DNA of 62,560 bases, filler included, from Sphacelaria rigidula (lineage: Eukaryota), in NCBI GenBank assembly GCA_964200075.2. It is 4 parts of 4 records of this genome, joined end to end, with 100 filler letters (N's around TTAATTAATTAA, not from the genome) between each part and the next. Parts side by side here need not be neighbours in the genome. Positions count along the whole stretch, not along the records: positions 31,333 to 46,896 come from CAXNAA020001697.1; positions 46,997 to 62,560 come from CAXNAA020001698.1; 2 more parts are not named here. One strand, given 5' to 3'. The notes beneath the pieces are model-generated. The model ran no database searches, was not told the DNA's origin, and saw only the letters and a list, made by a program, of their open reading frames with translations. Positions 36,812 through 49,041 of the stretch are shown piece after piece (the stretch's first letter is position 1; the number at the start of each line of letters is the position of its first letter). Position numbers and translations under genes: made by a program.

Positions 36812-39805
36812 CGCAGCCTGTAGTGGAGCCAGAAGGTCATACTCAACTTTCACTGATCACTACATGATTGTCGCCGGCTGCGATCTCGCCCTGTCTCCGG
36901 TGTCGGAGGTGAAAATATCGGCAGTAGGAATACTAGGATTGCAAGCATATCACTTTGATAAAAGAAGGTTCACCGTCCACGTGCGACGGCCTACAGCCGT
37001 CGTGTTTGCTTACGACCGAGTGGTGATGGATTTTCCGCATCTCTTTGGTTTTTTACGCGTTTTCCCGGTTGACCATTTCGAAGGAAGCGATAAGGCTGCA
37101 GTGGCGTCACACGTCACACGTCGCACGTCACACGACGACTCACAGAGCACAGCACGCCCGGTAAGTTACTACCCAGTCAAGTGGTCGTGTCTGCCGACTT
37201 GAACTCAATATGCCGATGGGTCACCAATATACTGCACTTACTTGTGGGTGTTCTAGTGAGCACGGAGTGTGCTAGAGAGTGTGAATGACCCAAGAGACAG
37301 GTCGTAGCGCGCTTGACATCAATCAAGGAGTCAATTAAGGCATTGGCGCTACAAGCAAACGGCTAGCTGTCAGTCGCGGACTGTTCTCAACTACATTCGG
37401 AGAAATTCACCAGGGCGGTATGTGACCGCGCGACCCTTCATTTCTACGGGTGTACACGTCGATTTCGGAAGGCGACACAAACAATTGCAGCGCTTGAAAT
37501 AATCTGGTCGAAGATAATGTTTATTGACACCCGTTGCCATTCTCTCGTCGTACCGTTTACATACAGCCATCTTCGGACCGTGAGTGCTGGGTGGAGGAAT
37601 GGATATTGTCCGCTCTGCAAGCCAAGCAACGTGGAAGCGAGGTTGGCGAGACTACATGGGAGGGTGCCGAGGTATGCGCGGTGGAACGTATGCATCCGAT
37701 GGAAGAAGCGTCACCGAAAGCCTCATCCTCCCGTGGGATCTAAAGCATCTTGCCATGTTGCTGTTGGCAGGAGCACGCGGTTCTCCTGTTGATACATACT
37801 ATGAATAGCGTTCCCGTGGAAAATTCGACAAAACCAAAACTTGCAGACACCTTGATGTCGGTGGAGAATAGTTCAAGATTTGCAGGTCTACAAATAATAC
37901 CAGGTGATCCTCGGTTTGCCCATCTTCGGTTTCGTGCAACAGGTGGTGGAAGATTCAGGAGACATTGGCGATGATCAGTCAGCGGCAGATACTGAAGTCG
38001 GACTTTCATCACACGACACTGCTCAACCGCACCGCACGGTCTGGACCGCAGCACGGCAAAAAAGTGATCATTCCAGCAGTAGCCGGTGCTGCGTAGGAGA
38101 CTCCATCGCAACAGCCCATCGAACGACATCTGGTTCCCAGGGATTCCCCAAAGGTCAGATTCCCGGCGCAGCGACAACTCCATGTGGAAGGCCGCACTCC
38201 GCTGTGGCTGTGGCTGTGGCTGACACTGACGGCCCAAATCGGACAAGAATGAGAGGGATGCGCGACAGCAACAAAAATGGCGGAGCGGCTATCACAGGTT
38301 TGCGACCTAAATCGGCAGGGGTGGACGGCTGTAGTGACTCATTTTCCTTCTCTCGATGTCCCCAACAGCGGTGCAAGTCCGCGAGCAGCCGTTCTACTAC
38401 TGTTGGTGCTGGTACTGCTACTGTTCCTCCTACTGCTACTGCTCGGTCCGGACTGCCCAGGGAGCGCCGTGCGTCCTCTCCCCCGAGACAACATCGAGCC
38501 GCACGAAGGGGCAAAGGGAAGGTAATCCCCAGAAAAACTCGGAAAAAGGGATCGGCCGACCATTCTGATCGTTCTGATCGTTCTGGTAGGCGGGGGGTGG
38601 AGGCGGCGTGGTCGTACGCGACAACAACCAGGTCGGACTGTCACGGCTGCGGGGTAATTCGACGGATATTCGTCAAAGTACCGTGCGTGAGGAGCAACAT
38701 TAGTAAGGTCAGTCAATCCGGTCGTGCGAGCTATCAAATTGCGTGGTACGACGGCAGTGGCCATACCGACGAAAATTTCCAAGACGGTTCTGCCAATTGT
38801 GAGGGGTTGAGCGTAGGGCAGCATAGTGCCGATGCCGGCGTGCAAAGCGTAAGGATACCGCATGTCGCTGCAACAGCTGCCTATGGTCGCGTGTTTCGAT
38901 CTCTGCTAGCAAATCCCATTGGTATAGCTCTGAAGGACACGGCTTTCAATGGGGAGTCGTCGTGTTTCGACAGCGACGAAGGGCACAACAACTCGAGCAT
39001 CGACGAGGATTGTCCTCGCACAGACCGCGTACTAGCACAGCTGCGAGGCTCTGTCGGGCGCGTCCAACAAGCAGTACGGCCCTCTTCTCCAGGGACACAT
39101 GCGGCACAGCGTAAAACAGCAACTCCTGCTTCGGCCCCGTTTCTGGGGGCTGACGAGAGTATCACCATTGCCACTAGCTGCGATGATCACGGAAGATCAG
39201 CTGGTAGCACCACGCGGGGAGGAAATCAGGGTTCATGTAGCACCCATCGCGCACACCAACAGTCTAATATTATGGGCGAAACGAAAGGTTACGAATTTTC
39301 CAAGTTTCGACGACCCAATGCGCATATGCCTATCCACCGGGCATCTCGACCTGAAACTCAAATAACGCGAAGCGAAAGCAAGGCCAGTGTCGAAAGACGT
39401 TCGGAAAAGGCGTTCACGGTACGGTTAGGCAGTTGGGGTGCAGAAAAACAGCGGTTGCTAATGACGGAGGAGGAGGATAGAGTCATTTCTTCGAGGACAG
39501 CAGAAACCACCATCGAGCGGACTGTGGACACTAGACACGGGCATGACAGCAATATCGTTGGCAAGGAGCGGGGGGAAGAAGAAACATCGATGGACTATTC
39601 TTTCTTTCCCTCTGGGTTATCTGAACAGCCTCGGGATGGCGGTCATGATGGACTCAGCAGCACTATTAAATCAGCTTGCGAGGGAGCGACTCGCGGAGTA
39701 ACCGCATGGGAGGAATCTACCATGTTTTCAATCGCAACGGACGCTCGGAAGGGGGTAGGGCTCGATTTTGGCTCTCCGGTGCCGAGCGAAGCTGTCGGAT
39801 GGTAG
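36812..39805 (+). CDS. Spliced host gene (5' end not located): possible PH-like domain followed by a long Ser/Arg/Gly-rich disordered region
   Basis: Phase-0-compatible exons 36812-37160 (GTAAGT donor), 37567-37671 (PSSDRECWVEEWILSAL; TACAG acceptor, GTATGC donor) and 37943-39805 (about 620 stop-free codons). Confidence 0.65.
37943..39805 (+). CDS. Large exon encoding a low-complexity region (part of the 36812-39805 gene)
   Basis: 633-aa open frame 37904-39805 with an in-frame acceptor GCAACAG|GTG. Confidence 0.72.
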   Translation: MVEDSGDIGDDQSAADTEVGLSSHDTAQPHRTVWTAARQKSDHSSSSRCCVGDSIATAHRTTSGSQGFPKGQIPGAATTPCGRPHSAVAVAVADTDGPNRTRMRGMRDSNKNGGAAITGLRPKSAGVDGCSDSFSFSRCPQQRCKSASSRSTTVGAGTATVPPTATARSGLPRERRASSPPRQHRAARRGKGKVIPRKTRKKGSADHSDRSDRSGRRGVEAAWSYATTTRSDCHGCGVIRRIFVKVPCVRSNISKVSQSGRASYQIAWYDGSGHTDENFQDGSANCEGLSVGQHSADAGVQSVRIPHVAATAAYGRVFRSLLANPIGIALKDTAFNGESSCFDSDEGHNNSSIDEDCPRTDRVLAQLRGSVGRVQQAVRPSSPGTHAAQRKTATPASAPFLGADESITIATSCDDHGRSAGSTTRGGNQGSCSTHRAHQQSNIMGETKGYEFSKFRRPNAHMPIHRASRPETQITRSESKASVERRSEKAFTVRLGSWGAEKQRLLMTEEEDRVISSRTAETTIERTVDTRHGHDSNIVGKERGEEETSMDYSFFPSGLSEQPRDGGHDGLSSTIKSACEGATRGVTAWEESTMFSIATDARKGVGLDFGSPVPSEAVGW

Positions 39806-39847
39806 GAGTAGGTAGCAGTAGGTAGCGGTGTACCAGTATACTTCACA

Positions 39848-40479
39848 TGAATCAAGATAGTGACAAAGCACTCGTCGTGTATTCAAACTATCGTGTTGAC
39901 CGGATGACGGTGTAGCAATAACAGCCCCGTGCTGCGTGCCCAGACGGAATACTACCCTCGTGCAGTAAGTCACAAGAAGATGAAGATGATGTGTTTCAAG
40001 TCTTCATTATTATTGCTATCCAAACAGAGTACTACCCGCACGGAGGGAATTCGGCGGAGAGGGGTGGAGGAAACGAGTGAGAGGTGAGGACGTAGAGCAT
40101 CACCTTGTCACGACCGCTCGCGAACCATGATCTCCTGTCGGTTCACGAAACATAATCCGTCATTCATTCACGATCCACAGACAAACAAGTCTTGGATCTA
40201 GGAACTTGAAGCGACTTGCCGTTCTTCAATCACAAGCAATCTTCCGAGAAAATTTCCTAAAATACTGTATATCCCGTCATTTCCCCACTCACACAAGCTG
40301 GTTTTTATTTGTAGATGAGCTACATACAGAGCAATGCCACAGTAGGGGTGCACTTTGTTTTAGGCCTTTTGCTGTACGAGCCTCTAATTGACATATCTGG
40401 GCCTTAGCGTACAGCTTCAGAACACTTTTGGACGGAAAAGTGCACCCCTACGTGTCACTACAGTACTCTACATTGAACA
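39848..40479 (-). repeat. Copia 3' LTR (contains a MITE of about 145 bp)
   Basis: Aligns with 46260-46744 (GTATTCAAA...GATGACGGTGTAGCAA...TTTGTAGATGAGCTA...TTGAACA). Confidence 0.82.
40326..40467. mobile_element. Small MITE inside the Copia 3' LTR
   Basis: GTAGGGGTGCACTTT / AAAGTGCACCCCTAC inverted repeat; absent from the other LTR; CTACAT on both flanks. Confidence 0.7.
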
Positions 40480-43400
40480 CTCTGCCTCCTAGTTGTATCG
40501 ACTTACTAGCCGAAGTATTGACCTGATTGTAACCGAATAAATTAAAGTAGATCGAACCCCCTATTATCATCGCCCAACTCAGATTATAGTGCCAAAACAA
40601 ATGTATACACACACACACACATGGCGAAATATCACCCCTGCCCAAGAAGAGGCAATCGCGGTGTCTTTCGAACTCTCCATACCAAGGTCTTTCGTGAAAA
40701 TGTCCGCATGCTGATCTTCTGAGGGAGATTCTTCACAGAGATGTCACCGCTAGCAGCCAGCGCCCCGAGAAAATGGTACCGTAAGGAAATGTAATTGCTG
40801 TTGGACGAGCTCAAGGGGTTTTTAGCCTTGTCTATCCCCCCCTTGCCCTCGAAGACGCCAACGGTTATCGGCCCCAAACTGGTCATTAGAATGTCAGAAT
40901 CCTACTCACATACAGGGCCTCCTTAACACCGTCTGCCATTAATTACTACATACTTTGCCTCAGTGGTGAATGGAGTGACGCACTTCTGCGTCCTAGAGAA
41001 CCGAGACACTAGCGCATCTTCGCAGCAAATAGCTACACCACAAACGGAACGTTGGTCCTGGGCCTTATGGGCGTCGTCTGCACCAACGTACGTTTCCGAG
41101 TCAGACTCAAACTGAATAGACCCCAAGTATCTACCCCTCTTGAAAGTCAACCTAAGTCCCACGTAGCATTCAAATGCTCGAGTATCTTCTGTGCTGCCTT
41201 GTAGTAAGTGGGCTTGGGATCATGCGAAAACCTTGCGATTGCTCGAACTGCACTGCTGCACTCGGGATCGGGCTCCGCCTGGTTTGCAACATCAGGCTCT
41301 CCGTGGTCTCACGGAAAGGCGCATCCCCCAGGGTCTCCTCACTGGCGTTCCTGAGGTCTGAGGAAGGGGTAGCGGGGATGGGATTGGTCTTAGAGACGTG
41401 AAAACGATTTAGCACACTCCGAATGAACTGTGTCTGTTTAAACTTCAAAGTGCCCTTCTCCCGGTTCCTTCAGTCCTCACTCCCCATGTACCAATCTATC
41501 TTCGCGAAATGCTTGGTGGGAAATTTCTGATTGAGGGCACTGACCTCCACTTCAGTCGATCCCTCCGTAGCTGCAATCTTGATGGCGTCTACATGGAACG
41601 ACCATGATCGCCACGACGTAACCAGCGTCCCTCGATCGAAACACACAGGGACCTACTACGCATTGCTCCAAACCACATTCTGCCAGGGTTGACGACAACA
41701 GTTGATACCCCGCACGACCACTTTGCTCACCAGATATCGATCCACAACTGGGGGGCAGGCGCAAGTGCATATTGGTGTTCAGCTCCGACTGATTGAAAGA
41801 CTGGTCTACATCTAAGTGCCTCGAATCCCAGCCTAACTTACATGCAATAGCTGCCACCAACCTGTTGGAAGTCGAAGAGGCCGTAGGGTCAAGCGTCTAA
41901 AAATATATCACCCCCTGTACCTTACGGGCTTTCGCCCGGTCAACCATACTATACGAATCACCCTCCCACTAAAACAACCACTCGTCGTCTACGATGCTGC
42001 ACCCCTCACGAATGCCAGTCACCCCCGCGAACGTTCCGGCAGCCATGAACCCGTCGGACTCTATCTTCATTGCCCCCATTCGCATGTTCCGAGTACTGCG
42101 ATGTGCATGCCGCAGGATATGACAGTGGCCCCGGTCCCGCTTCCCGGGCGAGACATTTAGGTAGCCCACCCGGTCTACGTGTACCGATAACAGCCCATGG
42201 ACTTTTTACCCGCCTTCATCGGACCCTAAGATAGTTACGAGGTCAGCTACTTCTTGAATGAGCCCTCGTGTCTATGGTCTGGTTCACTCCACGCTCCTCG
42301 CCATTTCTAGGTCCAAGTAGGTGCGACTCATGCTGGCGCGCAGCAGTTCGCGCTTCCATCGGAACCGGACCACTTTCGGCCGATAAAGACGAATCGCCCC
42401 CCTCGACTGGAAGGTCGTCGTCGGCAGACGGCTCCCTACTCACCGATGGCAAATGAATTCCTGATGGAGCAGCTGTGGTGTCGGGGGGCGATTGGCGTTC
42501 ATCGCCTACAGAATCCCACTCACCTTCAACGCCGTGATCTGCACTCTTCGCTGGAGATGTCACTCGACGATGGCGGGGGATTCCCCTCCCCAGTGTTGGT
42601 AATGAAGTCGGCGGGGCAGAACCGAGATCATCTAGCCCTCCCGGCTTTGCAGTCTCGTACAGCTCCGATGCCCATCCTGGCTGTGACGTCCCTCCCAGCT
42701 CCAACGCCGCTGCCAGTACCGGCGATGCCGACTTCTGTACTTGCACCGGAGGCACCACCATGTCCGGCGGCGCTTCCAAGGCGATGTTCGGTGTCTCCAC
42801 TACTTTGCTCGCCCGCGTCAGCATCTGCAGTGAATCGCGGGGATGGTTGATGCCGAACCCGAGATAGAAGCTACTCTCGCACGTAGGGAACGACTTTGAC
42901 GGGCGATTCCAGCGGCAATAACTGGGACGAGGGAAGGGGTGTGGTGATGCTGGTGTAGCTTTACCATGCCACATCTCATACGGTGACTTGTTAACTAGGT
43001 TGGACGTCGTCGCGGTGTGATTAGGGCGCCACGCGCCCGGTGTACTTCCTTACCCTAGAGGATTTCCGATGGTGACAATTCGACATGTGGAACGAGGATG
43101 AAGGTTTGGATGCGAACGGCAATTGCAGCGTTTTGAATGGCATCTAAAGATCTCTCGGCAACGCCGTCAAGTTCGCGACAGATCGCATTGGTGAATTCCT
43201 GCTTTATACAGTAGTTCTTGTGCACGTCCCCGAAATCATCGCCAACAAACTCTCCTCCGCCGTCAGATCTAACTATTATTTCCTCCGACAGTACGCCATC
43301 CGCACGTACAGCAGCCCACAACTTCGTGAAGGCGTCAGCAGCGTCGGACTTACGCTCTGGAAAGTATACCCATGGGTACCCGGTAACGTCATCCTTCACT

Positions 43401-45178
43401 CTTATCATGTACTTCTTCCCTAGCAATGAAGGAGTTCTCTTAGGACCAGTTGGGTCAACAAAGACTGTTCCTATTAGAGCTTTTCTGAAGCACGTGATCT
43501 CGTACTGTCAGCAATCGATTTACGATACCCTTTGGCCATGGAACATCCAGTAGACGGTCTCCACTCATCAAGTGGCTATACCCAGCGGTTTAGCGGTCTC
43601 TCTCAGCAGAAACTCGTTGGCATGTCCGTGCACGAAGTGGAAAATGTTGATGTCTACGGTAGTCTCATGCGAGTTAGCACTACCGGGGGGCTATCACAGG
43701 GAAGCGCCAGGGGAACAAGGTTGTCAGGTTGCACTATATTCCAGACGAGCTCGGGAAAAAAGAGGGCAAAGGGGATGTAATCATCATCAGGGTCAATCCT
43801 TCTGCCATAGTTTGAGTATCCAGATCCATCACTCCAAGTCCTAAGACGCCCATCCAGTAGGGTCAAAATCACATCCGAGTCATTAGTCGCGAAACCTACT
43901 CCTCTTGTATGCGCAGCGATGAATGAAACAAGACTGGGTACGTATGCCAGCTTAGCAAGCCTTACTGTTATTCCTCCTGTCTTGCTGGGGAGAACTGCAT
44001 AACCCTCAACGTGTCATTACCAATCTTGGCCTCGTCCTCGGATGGTTGCATGTCACGGAGCAAGTCAGCCAATCTACTCACATGAAAGGTCGCAAGGCAA
44101 CCAGCTGTTCACTTGTCGGTACCGTCATCTTCATTATTCTCGCGCTCTCCAACCGCATCCTTCTGAGTTTTCATTAAAATCAACAACTACGCTATGATCT
44201 CACTAGAGCCGCCCTATGATTTCTTCCCGGCGGGGATGACGCGTGCGGTGCGGTCGAACCATCGATGTCCTGGCTCTGTGCACTGGTAACACTTGTTTCG
44301 CATGTCAACGTACTTCGTGCCTGTGATTTCCGTACTGCTGTTTTAGTCGTTCTTGGCGGCCACAGTATCACTGGAAACGCCCTCATCACTTTCAGCGCCG
44401 TCTTGATTGTGATTTCGGCGGGTGGGCTTGGGTACCTCTACTATATTGAAATCAACATCCTCAACAGGCACCTGTACCCCTACTGATCCTAGCAAACCCA
44501 CTACCTTGTCTACGCGCGCGAAAACTTCATCGGAACTTCCTTCTTCTCCATCCCTAACTCGTCGAGGAAGCCTCCCCATGTTGATCTCTCGGAGGGAGTT
44601 TTCGCAAGAACCAATTCCACAACATACGACAACCTGCACTAGGGGAATTGGTGTCAAACAACATGGTGATCGATTCACGGTCCGTGATGCTCACCGTCAA
44701 AGACGCCTAGGCAATGCGTGCTCGTCTTATGCCTGCTTCACGAAAACTTTGATCTAGCAAAAATCGGGAAGTCGCGGAGGGATCACCTACCGGCAAGTCA
44801 ATTTTTGTAGTGCATACCTGCATACAATCATGAGATGAGGCAAAAGCCTCGAAACGTCTCTCTCACACCGGAAAGTCTAGACTACCCCCAAGCTTTGAAA
44901 CAGCAGTTTTGATACTGCTTATTTCTCGAGATTCTATGGCGAGACTGCTGTCTCTTGCAATCCCATCCTTACCGACACCTAGCAGAAAGCTATCGTATAT
45001 GAATCCACCTCTATGGCCGGAAGCAGACCCTGCCCGCTCACCAGTCCCACCACTTTCATGATATAGGGGCTGGTTTCCACCGACGGCTCCCCTTTCCAGG
45101 CCGCCAGTATTCCCCTGGCTAGCCTCGGTGCGCGACAGCGTGTCTCCGGAGGTCCTTGTCTGTGCGTCTTGTAGTAAC

Positions 45179-46201
45179 ACGGAATTTTACAAATTGGGGA
45201 TGGATTTTGTTATTGAGGGTGAGAAACCCGGAGAATGAAGCTTTTCGGATCCACACCGAATCTTCGAAATATGGTTCCATTTCTTCATTTGCTGGTAGCT
45301 ATTGACAACTACTACACGCCATAAAAATTGGGTTTAGATAACCGAAATGTTGTGGTCCTGGTTGAAAATACAATTTGGGGAAAATTCGGCGATCTGATCG
45401 AATAATGTAGCAGTGGTGCAGGGATATAGCAAGCCGCACCCCTAAGGAACGGATGATAGCAAGCTTGTCCTGAATTCAGTTCGTGAAACACGCCGCAGGA
45501 GATCCTCACAGGCACACACAGCAACAGCCGTTCAGGGATCACGAACCAAGCCTCTAGTAAATACGATCTAAGGGTAAAGATACGCACGAAGGGTTATGAT
45601 ACACACAGCTTCAACAACTCGCGTTGGTCGAACTGTGGACCCGAAGACCCAGTGGAAGGGGGATGTCAGCAGTGTAGTTGGCGACCTGAACGCTCTCTTG
45701 ACTAGCGTTCTACTGGAACCCTATATCCAAAGGAAAGTAGGCCGATGTGGTCGAAGGAAATGAGTGAATAGCTCGGGGGGTAGTGGAGGTTTTTGCGCAG
45801 CCTTTTTCCCGCTACGCGAATAACACTGGCATATTACAGAATCAGCCTGAAGTGTCGTGCTTTTGGCCAATCAAAGCTTCAGCGCCAAGAGTCCTCTTTT
45901 CTTACTCGCCGGTCGTTTCTGAGAACGGTCGTCATATCCAGAGTACTAGTTTAAGTCACGCACGCGGTCATATACCATCACAATCATCTGAATTCCCCTA
46001 ATAATTGTTTTTTCCATCTAGGATCTCAACATGTCGGTTATCTAAACCCAAATTTGTATGGCGTGTAGTAGTTGTCAATAGCTACCAGCAAGTGAAGAAA
46101 TGGAACTATATCTCGAAGATTTGGTGTGGATACGAAGGTTTTATCTCTCCGGGTTTCTCACCCTAAATAAAAAACCCGTCCTGAATTTGTGAAATCCCGC
46201 G
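45179..46201. mobile_element. Foldback/MITE of about 1 kb with TIRs of about 175 bp, in the Copia 5' leader
   Basis: 45179-45352 is the reverse complement of 46028-46201 (e.g. GCTGGTAGCTATTGACAACTACTACACGCCAT / ATGGCGTGTAGTAGTTGTCAATAGCTACCAGC). Confidence 0.85.
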
Positions 46202-46259
46202 TTTGGTGCTTTCAATTCTCCAACTATGTCGTTGTGGTCCGCTATCTCAGAACAACGAC

Positions 46260-46744
46260 TGACTCAACTTCGAACTTTATGTTGGCGTATTCAAATGATC
46301 GTGTTAACCAGATGACGGTGTAGCAACAATAGCCCCGTGATAGATCCCTTGAAAAATACCGCCTTCGTGGAGTGAGTCACAAAATGATTAAGAGATGATG
46401 TGTTTCGAGTCTTCATTATTACCATATCCACACTGGGGAAATTCGATGGAGAGACGTGTAGGAAACGAGTGAGAGGTGAGGGCGTATTGTAAAGCACCAC
46501 CTTAACACGACCGCTCGCGAATCATAATCTCCAGTCATCTCACGAGGCACAACATTTCGCCATTCATTCAAGATCCCCACACCAACCATTATTCTCAAAT
46601 CTTGGAACTTGGAACAAGTCGCCGTTTTTCAACCGTAAGGAATCTTACAAAAGTATTCCTAGAAAACCCTATGTACTTCGTATGTGCTGTTTTTTCCTCG
46701 CATACACATGCCGGTTTATCTTTGTAGATGAGCTATGTTGAACA
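46260..46744 (-). repeat. Copia 5' LTR
   Basis: Diverged direct repeat of 39848-40479. Confidence 0.82.
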
Positions 46745-46896
46745 TCGTCAGCTGAGCGGCCGCTCGGGGGGAAGGATAGGCACGGGGAAATCTGACTCCA
46801 CTGGCCCTCGCAACAATCGTTTTCTTCAACTCAGGGTCATCTGACCACTCGTACTATCATACTCCTCTTTCCACAAGGGTGATGGGGGAGGGGGGG

Positions 46897-46996
46897 NNNN
46901 NNNNNNNNNNNNNNNNNNNNNNNNNNNNNNNNNNNNNNNNTTAATTAATTAANNNNNNNNNNNNNNNNNNNNNNNNNNNNNNNNNNNNNNNNNNNN
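46897..46996. other. Assembly gap with artificial spacer, flanked by poly-G
   Basis: N44-TTAATTAATTAA-N44; G-runs at 46884-46896 and 46997-47078. Confidence 0.97.
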
Positions 46997-47764
46997 GGGT
47001 GTGGGGGGGGGGGGGAGGGGGGGGGGGGGGGGGGGGTGGGGGGGGGGGGGGGGGGGGGGGGTGGTGTGGGGGGGGGGGCGTACCCATTTGTTGCTTGCCT
47101 TAGTCGTTTGACCATTGGCCACGCATCCCTCTCGAGACAGTTTTGAGGAGGGGGGGGAGGGTCAGTACGCAGAGCATCGGAGAAGCTCATGGAGTCAACT
47201 ATGTGTGTTCAGAAGTTTTCCGCGGAAAATGATGAGCCGTGCACGAGGCCCGAGAGGTGCTGGATGCCCATTCTGACCAATCACGGTCGTCAAAATGAGC
47301 CCTTTTGTTCCGGTTCGGGTGGAATACATTGGACTCATTTGCTGCCTACCCTCACGGCTCATTTTGGTCATGGGGAATCAACCATATATTACATGGGTAC
47401 AAATAACTTGTTTCATATTCTGCTCGTCGTCTACGCCGCCTGCCTGACCCCTCATGTGCTGCCAGCATAGCTTCACACTGTCGGTAGTTTTGTTGTTTAG
47501 CACTGGGCAGAGGTACCAGCAGCATGCAGTAAATTGTCTTCAGTAGAGAGCGATGGCACACGTACATACAGATTCTGCACGCAATTGACTGCAGGGTCAA
47601 AACTGCTCAGGGATTTTTCCGGGACTATTTTCTATGTAGATGACAAATATCCACATGTTCATGAAAAAGGCGTTTTGTGCAGCGAGAAAAGAGCAGTTCT
47701 GAACCCCAAATGGGGCATAGTTCAAACCAGTCCACCTGCGGGGGGGTCGCCGTCAAAGGGTTAA

Positions 47765-47866
47765 CCCTTAGACGGCGAGGGCAGATCACATGCTGAATCG
47801 GCATCAATATTCACTTGAAAAAAGTATGCGTCATCTGAATGGACTACCTCCACCGCGGTCTAAGGG
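47765..47866. mobile_element. piggyBac-like mini element (102 bp)
   Basis: TTAA-CCCTTAGAC ... GTCTAAGGG-TTGA. Confidence 0.65.
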
Positions 47867-48374
47867 TTGATAAAATGTTTTTGTTTGCTGCACAGCACGC
47901 GAATCTGCTAACAATCCCGAATACAACATTTTCATCGAAGGCACCAACTCTGCACCGTCGGGCCCTGCTCAGAGCAGAAGCATAGCAACCTTTAGGTGAA
48001 AAATCACTCGTTCCGCAGTCTCAGCGTCATTTGTTGGTCATATCTTCGAGCTCAAATGCCGTCGAAAGGTCAGCAAAGAATTTTTTCGACTTGATTGAGA
48101 GGAGAGCAGCAGTCGATGAGCTCGAACACGTTAGCAGAAAATGAGTTTCTCCGCTTCGGGGGCTTATCAGTGCCAATGGTGAAGAAAATACCTTGGATAT
48201 CTCGCTCATATGCCTGGCTTCTCTCATACATATAAACACTCGTATGCAAAGCACGTAGGTGCAAACTAATTTCGGTCGTTCAGAATTATCTAGAGACTAC
48301 CCCAAGTAACAGATGTGACTTGTGTATTTTTTGTTCCGTTCGCGGCCTATTTTGCGGGCCAGAGGAAGTATAGC

Positions 48375-49041
48375 CAGAGCTTGCCAGGGGACGAGTATAT
48401 CACGGGACGGTGAACAACACGGAACAGGATATCCCGTTCCGTCCTGTTCATCGCTGTTTCAGTACCAGCTGCCCCGTCCCGTCCATACACATTCGCCCAA
48501 CGTTCGGCTCCGTCCGCTCATTTTGGGGACAACGGGATATCCCGCCCGTCCTATTCGTCTATTCTTTCAGGGGTGGCGATCCCGTCCGTCCCGTCCGTGC
48601 ATATTTGACAAATGTCCCATCCCGTCGCGAATCTCACGCAAAGGATATGATAGCGTCTCGTGGTACTTCGCGGGACGTCTCGTTATATGTCACGGAACGC
48701 TTCGTATGCTTTAACGGGATACTACACATTTTAACGGCAGCTTGAGTCTTTGTGATATATAATTGAAGGGTGAGATTTCGATGTTTTGCTATTCAGACTC
48801 CGTGCAGGCAGTACAATGGACAGAGCCAACGCCACAAAAAATTCACGGATATCCCGTCCTTCTTGTTCGTTGTCTTTCACAGGGATGTCCGTCGCGCCCC
48901 GTCCCGTTCGTCGTTTTTCAGTGGCGACCGTCCCGTCCCCGTTTATTCTTTGTGGGGACAACGACATATCCCGTACGATCTGCTTCTTCAGAGGCGGCCG
49001 CTCCGTCCTGCTCCGTCCCGTCATTCCGTGATAAGGTCCTG
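48375..49041. mobile_element. hAT-like MITE (CCCGT repeat family)
   Basis: CAGAGCTT... / ...CCGTGATAAGGTCCTG ends; many CCCGTCC and GGGAC motifs. Confidence 0.6.

Larger units (their letters stand above)
39848..46744 (-). mobile_element. Full-length but decayed Ty1/Copia LTR retrotransposon
   Basis: Direct LTRs 39848-40479 and 46260-46744 (TG...CA). Minus-strand order: gag zinc knuckle (about 44250-44380), pre-integrase HGHANE (about 43620), integrase RSDGGGEF...GVAER (43055-43426), RT HLDVDQSF (41552-41860), RNase H SRTQKCV...TTEAKY and ISLRYHFL (40632-41162). PPT GGAGGCAGAG adjoins the 3' LTR. Confidence 0.9.

Noticed and set aside
46945..47190. Poly-proline ORF / G-quadruplex tract
   Set aside because: Translation of a poly-G run at a contig edge; length and sequence are unreliable
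48027..48264. Short ORFs with an SSNAVERS motif reminiscent of the hAT dimerisation domain
   Set aside because: Too short and stop-interrupted to support a call
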